From IMG/VR virus record IMGVR_UViG_3300032322_002561, positions 172,310-236,309 of that record: 64,000 nt of DNA, one strand, 5' to 3'. The notes beneath the pieces are model-generated. The model was not told the origin of the DNA. It did no database searches and saw nothing but the letters and a program-made list of their open reading frames with translations. How positions within the stretch are numbered: position 1 is the first letter of the stretch; every line of letters starts with the position of its first letter. Shown in pieces: positions 38,144 to 47,778 of this stretch. The translations under genes were made by a program, and so were the position numbers.

Positions 38144-39164
38144 TTGGGCTTCAGTGGGCCGCGTGGTTGAACAGACCGGACCCACTGAAATAGTGCGCAA
38201 CAAAAAGAGTCTGAGCAGTAGTGTGAATGCACCTGTGGAGATGTTGGACACTATTGTTACTGCCCGTGCCAAGGCCAAAGTGGAGTTTGTGGACAAGACC
38301 ACGGTCAACATTACTGAGCAGAGCAAGATACTCATAGATGACTTTGTGTATGACCCCCGGGCCGGATCGGGCAAGTTGGCCATGAAGATGGTACAAGGCA
38401 CTGCCAGATATGCGTCGGGTCAGATAGCCAAGAACTCACCACAGAATGTAAACATAACCACACCCACTGCCGCTGTGGCCGTGCGTGGCACAGACTTCTC
38501 AATGACCGTAGATGAACTAGGCCGTAGTCTTATCATGTTGTTGCCCAGTTGCGATGCCAAGTCTTGTGTAACAGGATCAATCAGTGTGAGCAATGACGGT
38601 GGATCTGTGATCTTGGACGTGGCCTATCAGGTCACTGTGGTCACAAGTTTATCAACACCTCCTTCTGCGCCCACGGTGATACAGATTGACCCCAGCAACA
38701 TCAACAACCTGCTGATCGTGGCACCACCATCGGCGGTTCGTGAGGCCCTACAACCCGTGCAACAGACAGCGTTGGATATTAATTTTCTAAACAAGGACCT
38801 GCTGAAGTATGACGAGCTGAATGTGAATTATCTGGAAAAATTCCGGCAGTTGGATGTGAACTTTTTGGACATTGATTTCCTGGTCAATTTGCTGGATCTC
38901 AGCAATCAACAACTCAGTGCCAGCCTGGATGCCATGAGTCGTGAAGCCAGCTTGTTGCCGGCCTATGATCCCAATTCGGGACTGAGATATTTTTTTAACG
39001 ATGATGAAAGCAAGGTCACTGTGCGACTAAACACCGGGCACATGGCCGAAGTCACTGTGGGAGTAGAGCACGATGCTGTAGTAACCGTAAATCAAGCAGG
39101 TTGGGCAGTCACACAACAGATCAACCGTGGTGGGACCAGCATAATTAATATTGTACAGAAATAA
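38085..39164 (+). CDS. FecR-domain exported protein
   Basis: Signal peptide; D.I.T......F.D.T.V...EQS...ID.FVY, G..RY.SG, I.TPTA...VRGTDF. Confidence 0.88.
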   Translation: MSQLPALATVILLILLSQTSWASVGRVVEQTGPTEIVRNKKSLSSSVNAPVEMLDTIVTARAKAKVEFVDKTTVNITEQSKILIDDFVYDPRAGSGKLAMKMVQGTARYASGQIAKNSPQNVNITTPTAAVAVRGTDFSMTVDELGRSLIMLLPSCDAKSCVTGSISVSNDGGSVILDVAYQVTVVTSLSTPPSAPTVIQIDPSNINNLLIVAPPSAVREALQPVQQTALDINFLNKDLLKYDELNVNYLEKFRQLDVNFLDIDFLVNLLDLSNQQLSASLDAMSREASLLPAYDPNSGLRYFFNDDESKVTVRLNTGHMAEVTVGVEHDAVVTVNQAGWAVTQQINRGGTSIINIVQK

Positions 39165-39174
39165 GGAGATGACC

Positions 39175-39345
39175 ATGGAAGGAAGCACAATCAAGACCTT
39201 GGCCGAATACATTGTATCTTTACATCATAAAAAACAACAATTAGATCAACAATACGGCAATTCAGTAACTGACACCAACGGTGTAGAACAAGACTGGGAG
39301 GATACTGAATACGTTGAAACGTTTTGGCCACCCAACACTAAATAA
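39175..39345 (+). CDS. Small hypothetical protein
   Basis: AAGGAG SD directly after FecR stop. Confidence 0.55.
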   Translation: MEGSTIKTLAEYIVSLHHKKQQLDQQYGNSVTDTNGVEQDWEDTEYVETFWPPNTK

Positions 39346-39390
39346 CTTTATTAAAATAAAACTAATAGCAGTATATAATAAGGAGCTAAC

Positions 39391-39669
39391 ATGGGAGAAT
39401 TCTTCCGACTAGTCGCAGAACTAGGATTTCCAATAGCTGCTGCCATAGCAGCCGGATACTTTGTATTCCTGACTCTCAAATTTATTCTCGCTGGTGTTAC
39501 CAGCAGTGTCAAAGGCATGGCCGGCATAATCGGCGCACTAGACAAACGTGTGGCCACCATGAATCACGATGTCATGCGCATAGACACCAAAGTTAGCCAT
39601 GCTCTGGGACTACAGCCGGATCTAGATCGTATTGCTCGTGCTGAACAAAGCGATGCCAGGAGAGATTAA
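39391..39669 (+). CDS. Single-TM coiled-coil protein (YvrJ/holin-like), paralog A
   Basis: LGFPIAAA..AGYFVF TM, then LD.R...M..D..R.D.KV. Confidence 0.75.
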   Translation: MGEFFRLVAELGFPIAAAIAAGYFVFLTLKFILAGVTSSVKGMAGIIGALDKRVATMNHDVMRIDTKVSHALGLQPDLDRIARAEQSDARRD

Positions 39670-39857
39670 TGTTATACGTTGATTACGCCTGGGATTTAGA
39701 ACCCAATAGAATTCTATTAGACGAAGAACTTGACATTGACCGGTTGGGCTGGCGAGGCGGTGACTATTTTCAAGTCAAAAACGTCAATGGTCGTGCCATG
39801 TTGGTCAAGGTCGATCCCTTGGTAAAATTCCTAAAGGACGGAGAAAAAAATGAATAA
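39669..39857 (+). CDS. Small AbrB/SpoVT-like beta-barrel protein
   Basis: LGW..GD.F.V....G...L.K; TAATG coupling. Confidence 0.6.
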   Translation: MLYVDYAWDLEPNRILLDEELDIDRLGWRGGDYFQVKNVNGRAMLVKVDPLVKFLKDGEKNE

Positions 39858-39996
39858 ATGGACAGCCTGGTATGACAGCTTGCCCGAACATACCAAACGA
39901 TATCTTGATACTCGAGCAGTATGGCATGATCGTGATTTGTTTGTGGTTGCAGCTATGACTTTTGTGCTGGGTATTTTTGTTGGACTGGCCATATAA
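39850..39996 (+). CDS. Small membrane protein (48 aa, not in ORF track)
   Basis: MNKWTAWYDSLPEHTKRYL...FVLGIFVGLAI; overlaps both neighbours. Confidence 0.7.
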   Translation: MNKWTAWYDSLPEHTKRYLDTRAVWHDRDLFVVAAMTFVLGIFVGLAI

Positions 39997-40187
39997 TGTT
40001 AGAAGTTACCTACGCATTTATTGGATTTATTATGGGCGGTGCGGCATTGATCATCAGTCTATATGTCTGGTTGACCATGGACGAGGCTTTAGAAAATGGT
40101 CGTTCGTGGATGCAACTTAATCGCGAGTTGAAAGAAAAAATAGAACAGATGGAACGTGCTAGTCCATCATCACCTTGGAAGAAATAA
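39996..40187 (+). CDS. Small membrane protein
   Basis: N-terminal TM plus coiled coil; TAATG coupling. Confidence 0.65.
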   Translation: MLEVTYAFIGFIMGGAALIISLYVWLTMDEALENGRSWMQLNRELKEKIEQMERASPSSPWKK

Positions 40188-40188
40188 C

Positions 40189-40479
40189 ATGGACATTGTA
40201 ACCTTAATCAACAAATACGGATTCCCTATAGTGGCCGCCGGCGGCATGGGATATCTCATTTTCTACGTATGGAAATGGGCCACCACAGAAATCAAACCTG
40301 TACTTAGCGAGGCAAATACAACTCTCATTGCCTTGATTGATCGTATCCGTATGTTAGACAATGATTTAATCAGACTCAATCAAAAGGTCAATGTGACCTT
40401 GCACCTGCGTGGCCGAAGCATCGAAGCCGAACGCATGGCCCAAGACGAAACAATTAATACACCTAAGAACGACAAATAG
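40189..40479 (+). CDS. Single-TM coiled-coil protein (YvrJ/holin-like), paralog B
   Basis: YGFPIVAAGGMGYLIF TM, then LIDRIRMLDNDLIRL..KV. Confidence 0.75.
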   Translation: MDIVTLINKYGFPIVAAGGMGYLIFYVWKWATTEIKPVLSEANTTLIALIDRIRMLDNDLIRLNQKVNVTLHLRGRSIEAERMAQDETINTPKNDK

Positions 40480-40616
40480 AACTGGCCTTGATTCCATTCA
40501 ATGTGAACTGACTGACCCACTTGTCAGTGTCACTGTACAAGCCAGGAATGCGATGTGGCAGATACCAAAGATTCAAAAAAGTCCAGACAGCACAATCCCA
40601 ATACCAATCCGTGTAA

Positions 40617-42632
40617 CTATTTAGATGTTGCCTTATAGGTTCCCATCCAGTCACTTGGCTTACCTGCCGCAAGTCGTTCATCCATGGCCCCATAATATGC
40701 CTCCAGTTCTGGGCAGGCTTGTTTGCATCCTGGAATCAAGGCCTGTGCTTTTTTCCATTCGCCTGCGTAATACAAGCTGATAAAATCTTTATGCAAATCT
40801 GTTTCTGTTGCCAATGTATATATGCGTACACCTTCGTTCTTGCCTTTGACAGCTATACAGTCTAGTTCCGTAACCGAGTAGGTATCTCGGACAAGCTCAG
40901 CAGTACGCGATCCCAATACAATGCGAACGCCATAAGGCTTTGACTGACCTTCGAGTCGGCTTGCCAGATTAACGCTGTCACCAAGGCAGGTGTAATCAAA
41001 ACGCTGACTGCTGCCCATATTACCAACGACAACGGTACCAGTGTTGATACCAAGGCCCATGCCAAAAGGCGGAACGCCTTCTGCACTGATTTCACGATTG
41101 AATTCATCCAAACTCTCCATCATTTGTAAAGCAGTACGCACAGCATTTCGAGCATGATCTGGATCATCCAAGGGTGCGTTCCAAAATGCCATCTGTGCAT
41201 CGCCAATATATTTGTCCAAGGTACCTGCATTTTCAAGTATCTTGGCAGTCATGGCTGTCATATAACGATTCATAATCTTTGTGAGTCCTTGCACGTCGGC
41301 ACCATAGTGTTCGCTGATGGTGGTAAATCCACGCACATCTGTGAACATGATGCTGAGTTCTCTGCTTTCACCGCCCAAGGTCAGTAGCTCGGGATTCTTT
41401 TGTAGACGTTCAACCATGGCTGGACTCAAGTATGTGCCAAACTGTTTCTTTATTTGTTGTTTAGCAAGATATTCAGATACAAAACGTACTCCGTAACTGT
41501 GAAGAAGCACAAGCACAAGGCCAGCAACAACCAAAGTGCCGTCCGTGAGCCAAGCATGACTCGAGTACAGAGCATGAGGAAGCCATAAACAAACACCAAG
41601 AACAACAACACTACCAGCAATACCAACATAGGTCCATCTCCCTAAAAATATCAGTGCTACACTTAGCAACACCAATGTTAAAATCTCTGCACCGTCGGCC
41701 CAGTCAGGTCTGGTGATGGCTGGACGTATTTTGTTGGCCATCACTGTAGAAATAACTGCGGCCTGCAAGTCCTGTGGCAACATTTCACCCAGACTGGTGG
41801 CCACTGGATTGGCCAAGCCCGCAGCACTGACACCTACAATCACTATCTCACCATCAAAGTCCTTTGGTAGATTCATCAAACTATGACGTTCTGGCGTTAG
41901 ACTCCAGTCAATCCAGATTCTACTGAGACTGTCTGTGGTTATCGGACCAAACTGTGGAATGCGTATTTTTTCCACACCAGATTCGTTGACTTTGACTTGT
42001 ATGGTTGAGTCGCCTGCGGCCACACGCATGACTTCTACGGCTAGACTGGGATATAATTGTCCGTTGTGGGCCACAACCATGGGCATGCGTCTGACCACAC
42101 CATCTATTTCAGGAAAAGTGTTGACTATGCCTACTCCAGCGGCGGCCTGTTCCACTGCAGGGATATTGGCGATGATACCACCGTAGTTCACAAAAGCATC
42201 TTGTCCATAGGGACCTATCTGCGCTGATCCTGGAGCTCGAGGTTGGTTGCGAGTCTGTGTGCTGCCTATGCTGGGCAACACTACTGGATGGCGTTTTAAG
42301 GTTTGGACGTAAGTTTGATCTCGGCCAAAACGATCGCTATCTGGAGTGAGCACGTTAAAAACAACAAGCCCAGCATTACGGCTGTAAAGGTCCTCAATGA
42401 TGGCAGCATATCTATCACGGCTAAAAGGAAATTGTCCATAACGTTCCAAAGCTTTCTCATCTATGTTTACCACATGCACTCCGGTGACTTCTGCTGGCTT
42501 GCTGGTCACAAGAGTATCAAAATAACGTAATCTTACACTTTCTACAAAGGCAGGATCTGCTATGCGTATACCCACAATCACAGCCAGGGTAAACAAGGCT
42601 GTCCAGGGGCTGGTTAGAATTTTTCTTAGCAT
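40617..42632 (-). CDS. CHASE2-domain class III adenylate cyclase
   Basis: TM, CHASE2 (V.IDE..L..YGQ.P..R; DG.VRR.P; Y.SL..E), 3 TM, cyclase FTDVRGFT, DKYIGDA.MAFW, GINTG...VGNMG, YT.LGD.VNLASRLEG, VKGK. Confidence 0.95.
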   Translation of the reverse strand: MLRKILTSPWTALFTLAVIVGIRIADPAFVESVRLRYFDTLVTSKPAEVTGVHVVNIDEKALERYGQFPFSRDRYAAIIEDLYSRNAGLVVFNVLTPDSDRFGRDQTYVQTLKRHPVVLPSIGSTQTRNQPRAPGSAQIGPYGQDAFVNYGGIIANIPAVEQAAAGVGIVNTFPEIDGVVRRMPMVVAHNGQLYPSLAVEVMRVAAGDSTIQVKVNESGVEKIRIPQFGPITTDSLSRIWIDWSLTPERHSLMNLPKDFDGEIVIVGVSAAGLANPVATSLGEMLPQDLQAAVISTVMANKIRPAITRPDWADGAEILTLVLLSVALIFLGRWTYVGIAGSVVVLGVCLWLPHALYSSHAWLTDGTLVVAGLVLVLLHSYGVRFVSEYLAKQQIKKQFGTYLSPAMVERLQKNPELLTLGGESRELSIMFTDVRGFTTISEHYGADVQGLTKIMNRYMTAMTAKILENAGTLDKYIGDAQMAFWNAPLDDPDHARNAVRTALQMMESLDEFNREISAEGVPPFGMGLGINTGTVVVGNMGSSQRFDYTCLGDSVNLASRLEGQSKPYGVRIVLGSRTAELVRDTYSVTELDCIAVKGKNEGVRIYTLATETDLHKDFISLYYAGEWKKAQALIPGCKQACPELEAYYGAMDERLAAGKPSDWMGTYKATSK

Positions 42633-42659
42633 AGTGTATTTAATGTAAATATCAGCACT

Positions 42660-43010
42660 ATGTATTGGGGATATCATTTACTGTTAGATTGCAGCGGCTG
42701 TAAAAACATAGACAGCCGAGACAATATCTACCGTTTTGTCAAAGATTTGGTAGCTCGTATAGACATGACTGCACATGGCGAACCCATTATTGAATACTTG
42801 TTACCGGGTGATCCCAAACAGGGCTACAGTTTGATGCAGTTAATTACCACTTCAAACATTGCTGGACACTTTATGGAACTGGATGGCACCGCTTACTTTG
42901 ATATATTCAGTTGCAAAGAATTTGATATAGAAACAGCCAAACAAGTGGTGCACGATTATTTTGCACCCGAACGTATGCGTGTGAATTTCTTAACACGTCA
43001 TGCCGATTGA
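42660..43010 (+). CDS. speD: S-adenosylmethionine decarboxylase proenzyme-like
   Basis: G.HL.LD, GYS...LI.TS.I..H, Y.D.FSC. Confidence 0.8.
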   Translation: MYWGYHLLLDCSGCKNIDSRDNIYRFVKDLVARIDMTAHGEPIIEYLLPGDPKQGYSLMQLITTSNIAGHFMELDGTAYFDIFSCKEFDIETAKQVVHDYFAPERMRVNFLTRHAD

Positions 43011-43740
43011 GTTTCCTGTCAAGGTTCCTTACACCACAGCACCCAACATGGTGCGCAACACAGGCGAAGTTTTTAATCGTCGACCCAATAAGCGCATCCT
43101 AGAACTCAAACGCCAAGAACTGATCCGGCATAACAAAGATCTGTACGCCCAAACTGACCTGGCAGCCAATTTACGTCTGGTAGGACATGCTTTAGACTTT
43201 TGCGGCCTGCCCAACTATTATGGCCTACAACAGTTGGCCATGAGCATCGAAGAAGACATTGCTATCATGCACAAGGGTAGGTTAGAAGCTATTTGTTTTT
43301 GTTTTCCTAGTAGCTGGATACCTCGAGAACGCATAGGTCAGACCTTGGCAGACATACATGCACCAGTGGCCGACGGTGACAAGTTAAGACAAATGAGCCA
43401 ACGCATAGCCGAGACCATGGCTGATCCAGCACAAGGCAGTTTCCGCAGACATGTATGGACCATTGCCAACAGCGGCGAGCTCAGTCAACATCCGGCCAGC
43501 AAGAGCAATCTGGTGCCCACCAGCATCGAAGATCTTTGGTTTAGACTGGAAACACAGACCACGCATCCTGTGGGCGATGGTGTTACTAGTTTGTTTTTTG
43601 TGCGAGTGGAAACAGAACCATTGTCAATGATTTGGAATGACTCGCACCGACGCCAGATCTTGATAGACAGTGTCAACAGCATGTCCGATGCTGTGTTGAC
43701 CTACAAAAACTTACACGAGATCAAAAAACTGCTGATCTAG
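43000..43740 (+). CDS. DUF3445 (heme-dependent oxidative N-demethylase alpha-like) protein
   Basis: EDI, CFPS.W...ER.G..L..IH.PV, R..W, R.E.QT, LF. Confidence 0.8.
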   Translation: MPIEFPVKVPYTTAPNMVRNTGEVFNRRPNKRILELKRQELIRHNKDLYAQTDLAANLRLVGHALDFCGLPNYYGLQQLAMSIEEDIAIMHKGRLEAICFCFPSSWIPRERIGQTLADIHAPVADGDKLRQMSQRIAETMADPAQGSFRRHVWTIANSGELSQHPASKSNLVPTSIEDLWFRLETQTTHPVGDGVTSLFFVRVETEPLSMIWNDSHRRQILIDSVNSMSDAVLTYKNLHEIKKLLI

Positions 43741-44027
43741 TTCATTAATAATCTGATAAGTCCAACTGTGTCAATGGTGATCATCAGCAGGTAGTTGGCC
43801 AGCATTCCTGAACTACGACGAGTCCATGCGGCCCAGGCCAGCAGGCTACAAGTTACAATAAACGCAGGATAGATCCAGTAAAAGGGCGGGTTAGGCAAGG
43901 TCACTGCCATGGTTACAGCCACCACCACACTCACAATCCAGGCTACAAACTCGGCGGCAAAGCGTAAAGGATAACTGCGATAATCTTCCTGTATCCAACT
44001 CCAGGTTCGTTGTATAGTATCTATCAT
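43737..44027 (-). CDS. Small membrane protein
   Basis: Three hydrophobic helices; ATGA coupling to uvsE. Confidence 0.75.
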   Translation of the reverse strand: MIDTIQRTWSWIQEDYRSYPLRFAAEFVAWIVSVVVAVTMAVTLPNPPFYWIYPAFIVTCSLLAWAAWTRRSSGMLANYLLMITIDTVGLIRLLMN

Positions 44028-45055
44028 ACCAATCCTAACTCCACTGCACGATTGTAAACCTGCTCACTGGCCAGGTTCTTGCCTTTGCTTTCGCACTGTA
44101 TGTCAAACTGGTCCCAGAAGCCCAACACCCAGTCAGTGGCGGCCTGATTCCAATAAAAATCTGAGTGTGCTCGTAATTTTTGTTTTTTGAATCCAGACTC
44201 TAGCAGACTTGCATGATCTGGTTTATGGTGAACGGCATGGTCAACAAGTAGATCTTCACGGCTAACGCTGTAGTGCATAGCAGGACGCACACCGCGCCAA
44301 CTGTCAACAACACGTTTGACCCTATCGTCATCAGGCTGGATGTATTCGCCCGTTTTAATCCAGTGATGATGAACATCAAGAACAGTAGGAACAATATCAG
44401 CCAGCTCCAGGCAATGATCCAGCCCATGTGTTATTTCCTCGTTTTCAAAGGTGATACAGTTGCGTGCTTCTGTACTTAGTCGAGACCAGGCACGACGAGC
44501 ACCAGCGGCACCGGCCTTGCCGGAGATATGCACATTGATCTTCATGTCTTGAAACTGACGACCAAAGCCCATCCAACGAGCCATGTCGGCATGATACTCG
44601 AACTCTTCTATACTGCGATCTACGATTTCTTGGCTTTCACTACCCAACACACAAAACTGCCCTGGATGAAAGCTGACTCGCACATCTAGTCTACGGGCGG
44701 TTTCGCCAATGGGTGCAAAAATACGTTCACAGTGTGCTTGGATCTCAGGGCGTTGCCACCAGGCCTTCCAATCCTTTTCTGTGTAGCCCTGTAGCATTTC
44801 TGATCCTAAGCGCACCATCCTACGATTGGCCGGCAATGAAGCCACACGCTCAATCAGTCGGACAGCAGCCGCAGTATTGTGGTTCATGATGTCCCACTGG
44901 CGTTGTTCGGCTTCCTCAGGATGCTCACGCAACCAACGCATGGTCGTGCTACGGCCATTTAGGTCACGGTCTTTGGCATTGACTTTCATGCCGCCGCATT
45001 CGCTGGGATCATTGAGCCATTTGCAACAGAAACCAATGCGTTTGAGTGTAGTCAT
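44024..45055 (-). CDS. uvsE: UV damage endonuclease UvsE/UVDE
   Basis: RIGF.C, R.SFHPGQF.VL, N.H, EN.E, LD.HHHW, HYS, AHSD, E.K.K. Confidence 0.92.
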   Translation of the reverse strand: MTTLKRIGFCCKWLNDPSECGGMKVNAKDRDLNGRSTTMRWLREHPEEAEQRQWDIMNHNTAAAVRLIERVASLPANRRMVRLGSEMLQGYTEKDWKAWWQRPEIQAHCERIFAPIGETARRLDVRVSFHPGQFCVLGSESQEIVDRSIEEFEYHADMARWMGFGRQFQDMKINVHISGKAGAAGARRAWSRLSTEARNCITFENEEITHGLDHCLELADIVPTVLDVHHHWIKTGEYIQPDDDRVKRVVDSWRGVRPAMHYSVSREDLLVDHAVHHKPDHASLLESGFKKQKLRAHSDFYWNQAATDWVLGFWDQFDIQCESKGKNLASEQVYNRAVELGLV

Positions 45056-45060
45056 AAGCT

Positions 45061-45090
45061 ATTATAGCATGACTAATGATTTTTTGTCAA
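45061..45090 (-). promoter_or_regulatory. sigma70-type promoter
   Basis: TTGACA-N18-TATAAT. Confidence 0.65.
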
Positions 45091-46004
45091 TGACGCCGCT
45101 GAGTATCCAAAGTTACACAATGAAATCCACCTCCCAAGGTTCTGGAGTGGCTTAATGCTAGTGGTATGGTATCAAAACCTTTGGATTTCAATAGTTCTAT
45201 CAAATGCGGCTGTGCAGAATCCAATATCACGGTTTCTGGATCCACAGCCAGCATGTTCATGGCTATCCATTTTGATGCATAAGGATATTGGTAGAAACTT
45301 TGCGGCACAATCATTTCATCTGTCACCCAAATCTTTTCCCAGTAATCAAATGCTCGCGGACAGTTGTCTTTGTTGACTCGGCTGGCATTTAGCAAGACTA
45401 GGCCTTCTCGCAAGGGCACAATGGTTGAATCAATGTGTACACCTGCGTAGAAATTGCACGATTCGATCTTGACTTGTGGAAACTTTTTTGCCAACCATTC
45501 ATAAGCGGCTCTGTTGCCTGAGGCTGATTCCAAAAACAACCAAGTATCGCCTAATCTGCAAACGTTGGCTGCATCCATGATCATTCCTGAATCTCTGGGC
45601 ATGGTCAGAATATTACTGGCTTCGGCCAACAATCTTGTGTAGTTTGTGATTTCTTGGTTGCGACACGGATACATCATGTTGACATCAACCACAGTGTCTT
45701 TCCAGATCAAGAGACGATCTCTGGGGCAATAATTATACATGCCTTCTGTTTCTACAAAATTCATGGGTCGGGGCCTGTAAACAGTGACTCCCAGACGCAA
45801 CAAGGTTTCACTCAGCGTGTCAAGTTCTCTATTGGCCTGATCGACAATGTGTTGCGGTACCGGGCCTGAAGGCACCGGTGTTTCCTTCCAAGTGGTTTTT
45901 TTGCCTTCTTCAGCAAATACTGGATCCGATGTGGGCCAGTTGGCGTGGGTAGCACTGCCCACAACTATTTTTTCTAACGGATCCCACTCATTGATTGAAT
46001 ACAT
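45087..46004 (-). CDS. Amidinotransferase (glycine/inosamine-phosphate amidinotransferase family)
   Basis: NEWDPL..IVVG, CPRD, DAA, HIDST, MN.L, LGGGFHC.TLD. Confidence 0.92.
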   Translation of the reverse strand: MYSINEWDPLEKIVVGSATHANWPTSDPVFAEEGKKTTWKETPVPSGPVPQHIVDQANRELDTLSETLLRLGVTVYRPRPMNFVETEGMYNYCPRDRLLIWKDTVVDVNMMYPCRNQEITNYTRLLAEASNILTMPRDSGMIMDAANVCRLGDTWLFLESASGNRAAYEWLAKKFPQVKIESCNFYAGVHIDSTIVPLREGLVLLNASRVNKDNCPRAFDYWEKIWVTDEMIVPQSFYQYPYASKWIAMNMLAVDPETVILDSAQPHLIELLKSKGFDTIPLALSHSRTLGGGFHCVTLDTQRRH

Positions 46005-46519
46005 CACACATGTCCTGTAACTTGCAAAGTATATCTGGGCACTATGCCGCAATTGGCTGCCATATGCGGAGTGTCATAGGGCCATTCTACAACATCTCCG
46101 GCTCCCCAATTTACAAAAGGCGAATCCATGTATTCAGCATAGTGTCCGGGTTGCCAGTCTTGTAAAAAAATCACAGCACGTCGTATGTTGTGTTCTTGTC
46201 CGTGCAAATTGAACAACTCAATATATTTGATGTAAAGATCACTGTGTGTGGGTAATATGGTACCGGGCATCATTCTATAGTAACTGGTACCTATGTCTTT
46301 CCATCCAAGATTAGCAAATATGCTAATGAATTGTTGATTCCATGATGGTTGTGAACTGCGCATGTCGCACATGTCACCTGTGAATCGATTTGGGAATCCC
46401 AACGACAACCAACGTTGCAAGTTGGGGTTGTCGTTGAATGGTTCGTTTATGTATTCAAGATGAACAAATTCATCATCCCAAAATTTCTTAAGCCGGTACT
46501 TTGTGATTGATCTGTCCAT
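46004..46519 (-). CDS. 2OG-Fe(II) oxygenase / cupin-like protein
   Basis: PG..LP.H.D...H...N....RYTLQ.TG. Confidence 0.75.
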   Translation of the reverse strand: MDRSITKYRLKKFWDDEFVHLEYINEPFNDNPNLQRWLSLGFPNRFTGDMCDMRSSQPSWNQQFISIFANLGWKDIGTSYYRMMPGTILPTHSDLYIKYIELFNLHGQEHNIRRAVIFLQDWQPGHYAEYMDSPFVNWGAGDVVEWPYDTPHMAANCGIVPRYTLQVTGHV

Positions 46520-47777
46520 ATTTGACGTTGGTTTCGAAGTTGGTATTTCTAGTGTTACCATAATGAATCACCGTGATACCACTGACGTCGACCATTTTCC
46601 TCCAGGGATCCACAACCACACTGCCAGCTTGGATTTCGCAGTACGGTAAAGTATCCTGTTGTTCACCGGTGTATTCGTAGGTGATTTTTCTGTTGTGTGC
46701 CCAAAGATACACAGCTGGGCCATCAACAGATTCTACTACATCTGTAGAATCGTCGGCCAAGGGATCCACATAAGTCACAGTCATGCCGGCTTCCTTGACA
46801 TAGTGGCCAACCAAGGTTGAATAACTGCCAATGCAATAGGGCACATCGGGCTTGTAGGCCTTGCCGTGTATGACTATGGGTAGATTGTGTTGTCGAGCCT
46901 TATCTACCAGGAACAAGGCCAAATTTTTGGCCTGTACTTCTCGTGCCAGCATGATGGTATCAAACAAGTCGTAACCAACATCATATTCTTCGGCCAGCCA
47001 ACGCAGCGCAATGTTGTCTCTGGGATGACAAGCGCCAGCATCGCCCATGCCTGCTGTCATGTACTTGGGTCCCATGATACGCATGGTGCTGCGAGCCAAG
47101 GCATTTGTTACTACGTCTACGTTGATGTTGCCAATCCGCATGGCAAAATCTTGAATCATGTTGGCCAGGCCGACCTTGGCACTAATAAATGTGTTGTAGA
47201 AAATCTTAATGGCTTCGCATTCATCCCAGGTTCCGATTTCGTATCTGGGGTTATTTTGCATGATGGTTTTGTAAATGTCAATCAATTCACCAGCCAAGGT
47301 GTTGGGATTTCCGTCTTCGGTGCCAATCATGACCATTTCTGGATTGACCATGTCCCACTTTACACTTCCCATGGCGATCAGATAAGGGTTGTATAAAAAT
47401 TGATGTTTTTTATCTAAAAGCGTAATAAAATGACGTCGTGTTGTGCCCGGTAACACTGTGCTGATCAGCACAACTTTTTTTGAGGATTTGGCATGTTGAT
47501 TTATCTTGCTTATGGCATCTTTGACAGCATCATGTCCAAAATCTTTGGGCTTCATGTGTGAACTAGGAACGCTGCCATCATAGCCTTCTTCGTGCGGAGT
47601 AGGCACAGCAATAAAAATCCACTCACTTTGATTGACCACTTCGTCAATGTCACAAACTTTGACGCTGTCACTTTGGCGTGGGTAAATATCATATCCCCTA
47701 ACGGTGTGTTTTTCAGCAAAGACTTCAGCACAATCTAGACCCAGTTTACCTAGACCAATAAATCCTATATTTTTCAT
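46488..47777 (-). CDS. UDP-glucose/GDP-mannose dehydrogenase family
   Basis: GFIGLGKLG, IAVPTP, STVLPGT, K.FYNTF...K, G.G..G.CHPRD, G.AYKP. Confidence 0.92.
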   Translation of the reverse strand: MKNIGFIGLGKLGLDCAEVFAEKHTVRGYDIYPRQSDSVKVCDIDEVVNQSEWIFIAVPTPHEEGYDGSVPSSHMKPKDFGHDAVKDAISKINQHAKSSKKVVLISTVLPGTTRRHFITLLDKKHQFLYNPYLIAMGSVKWDMVNPEMVMIGTEDGNPNTLAGELIDIYKTIMQNNPRYEIGTWDECEAIKIFYNTFISAKVGLANMIQDFAMRIGNINVDVVTNALARSTMRIMGPKYMTAGMGDAGACHPRDNIALRWLAEEYDVGYDLFDTIMLAREVQAKNLALFLVDKARQHNLPIVIHGKAYKPDVPYCIGSYSTLVGHYVKEAGMTVTYVDPLADDSTDVVESVDGPAVYLWAHNRKITYEYTGEQQDTLPYCEIQAGSVVVDPWRKMVDVSGITVIHYGNTRNTNFETNVKYGQINHKVPA

Positions 47778-47778
47778 T

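Noticed and set aside
40409-40693. ORFs 40409..40624 (+) and 40463..40693 (-)
   Set aside because: They overlap better-supported genes and lack SD or motifs; a small gene in 40480-40616 cannot be excluded
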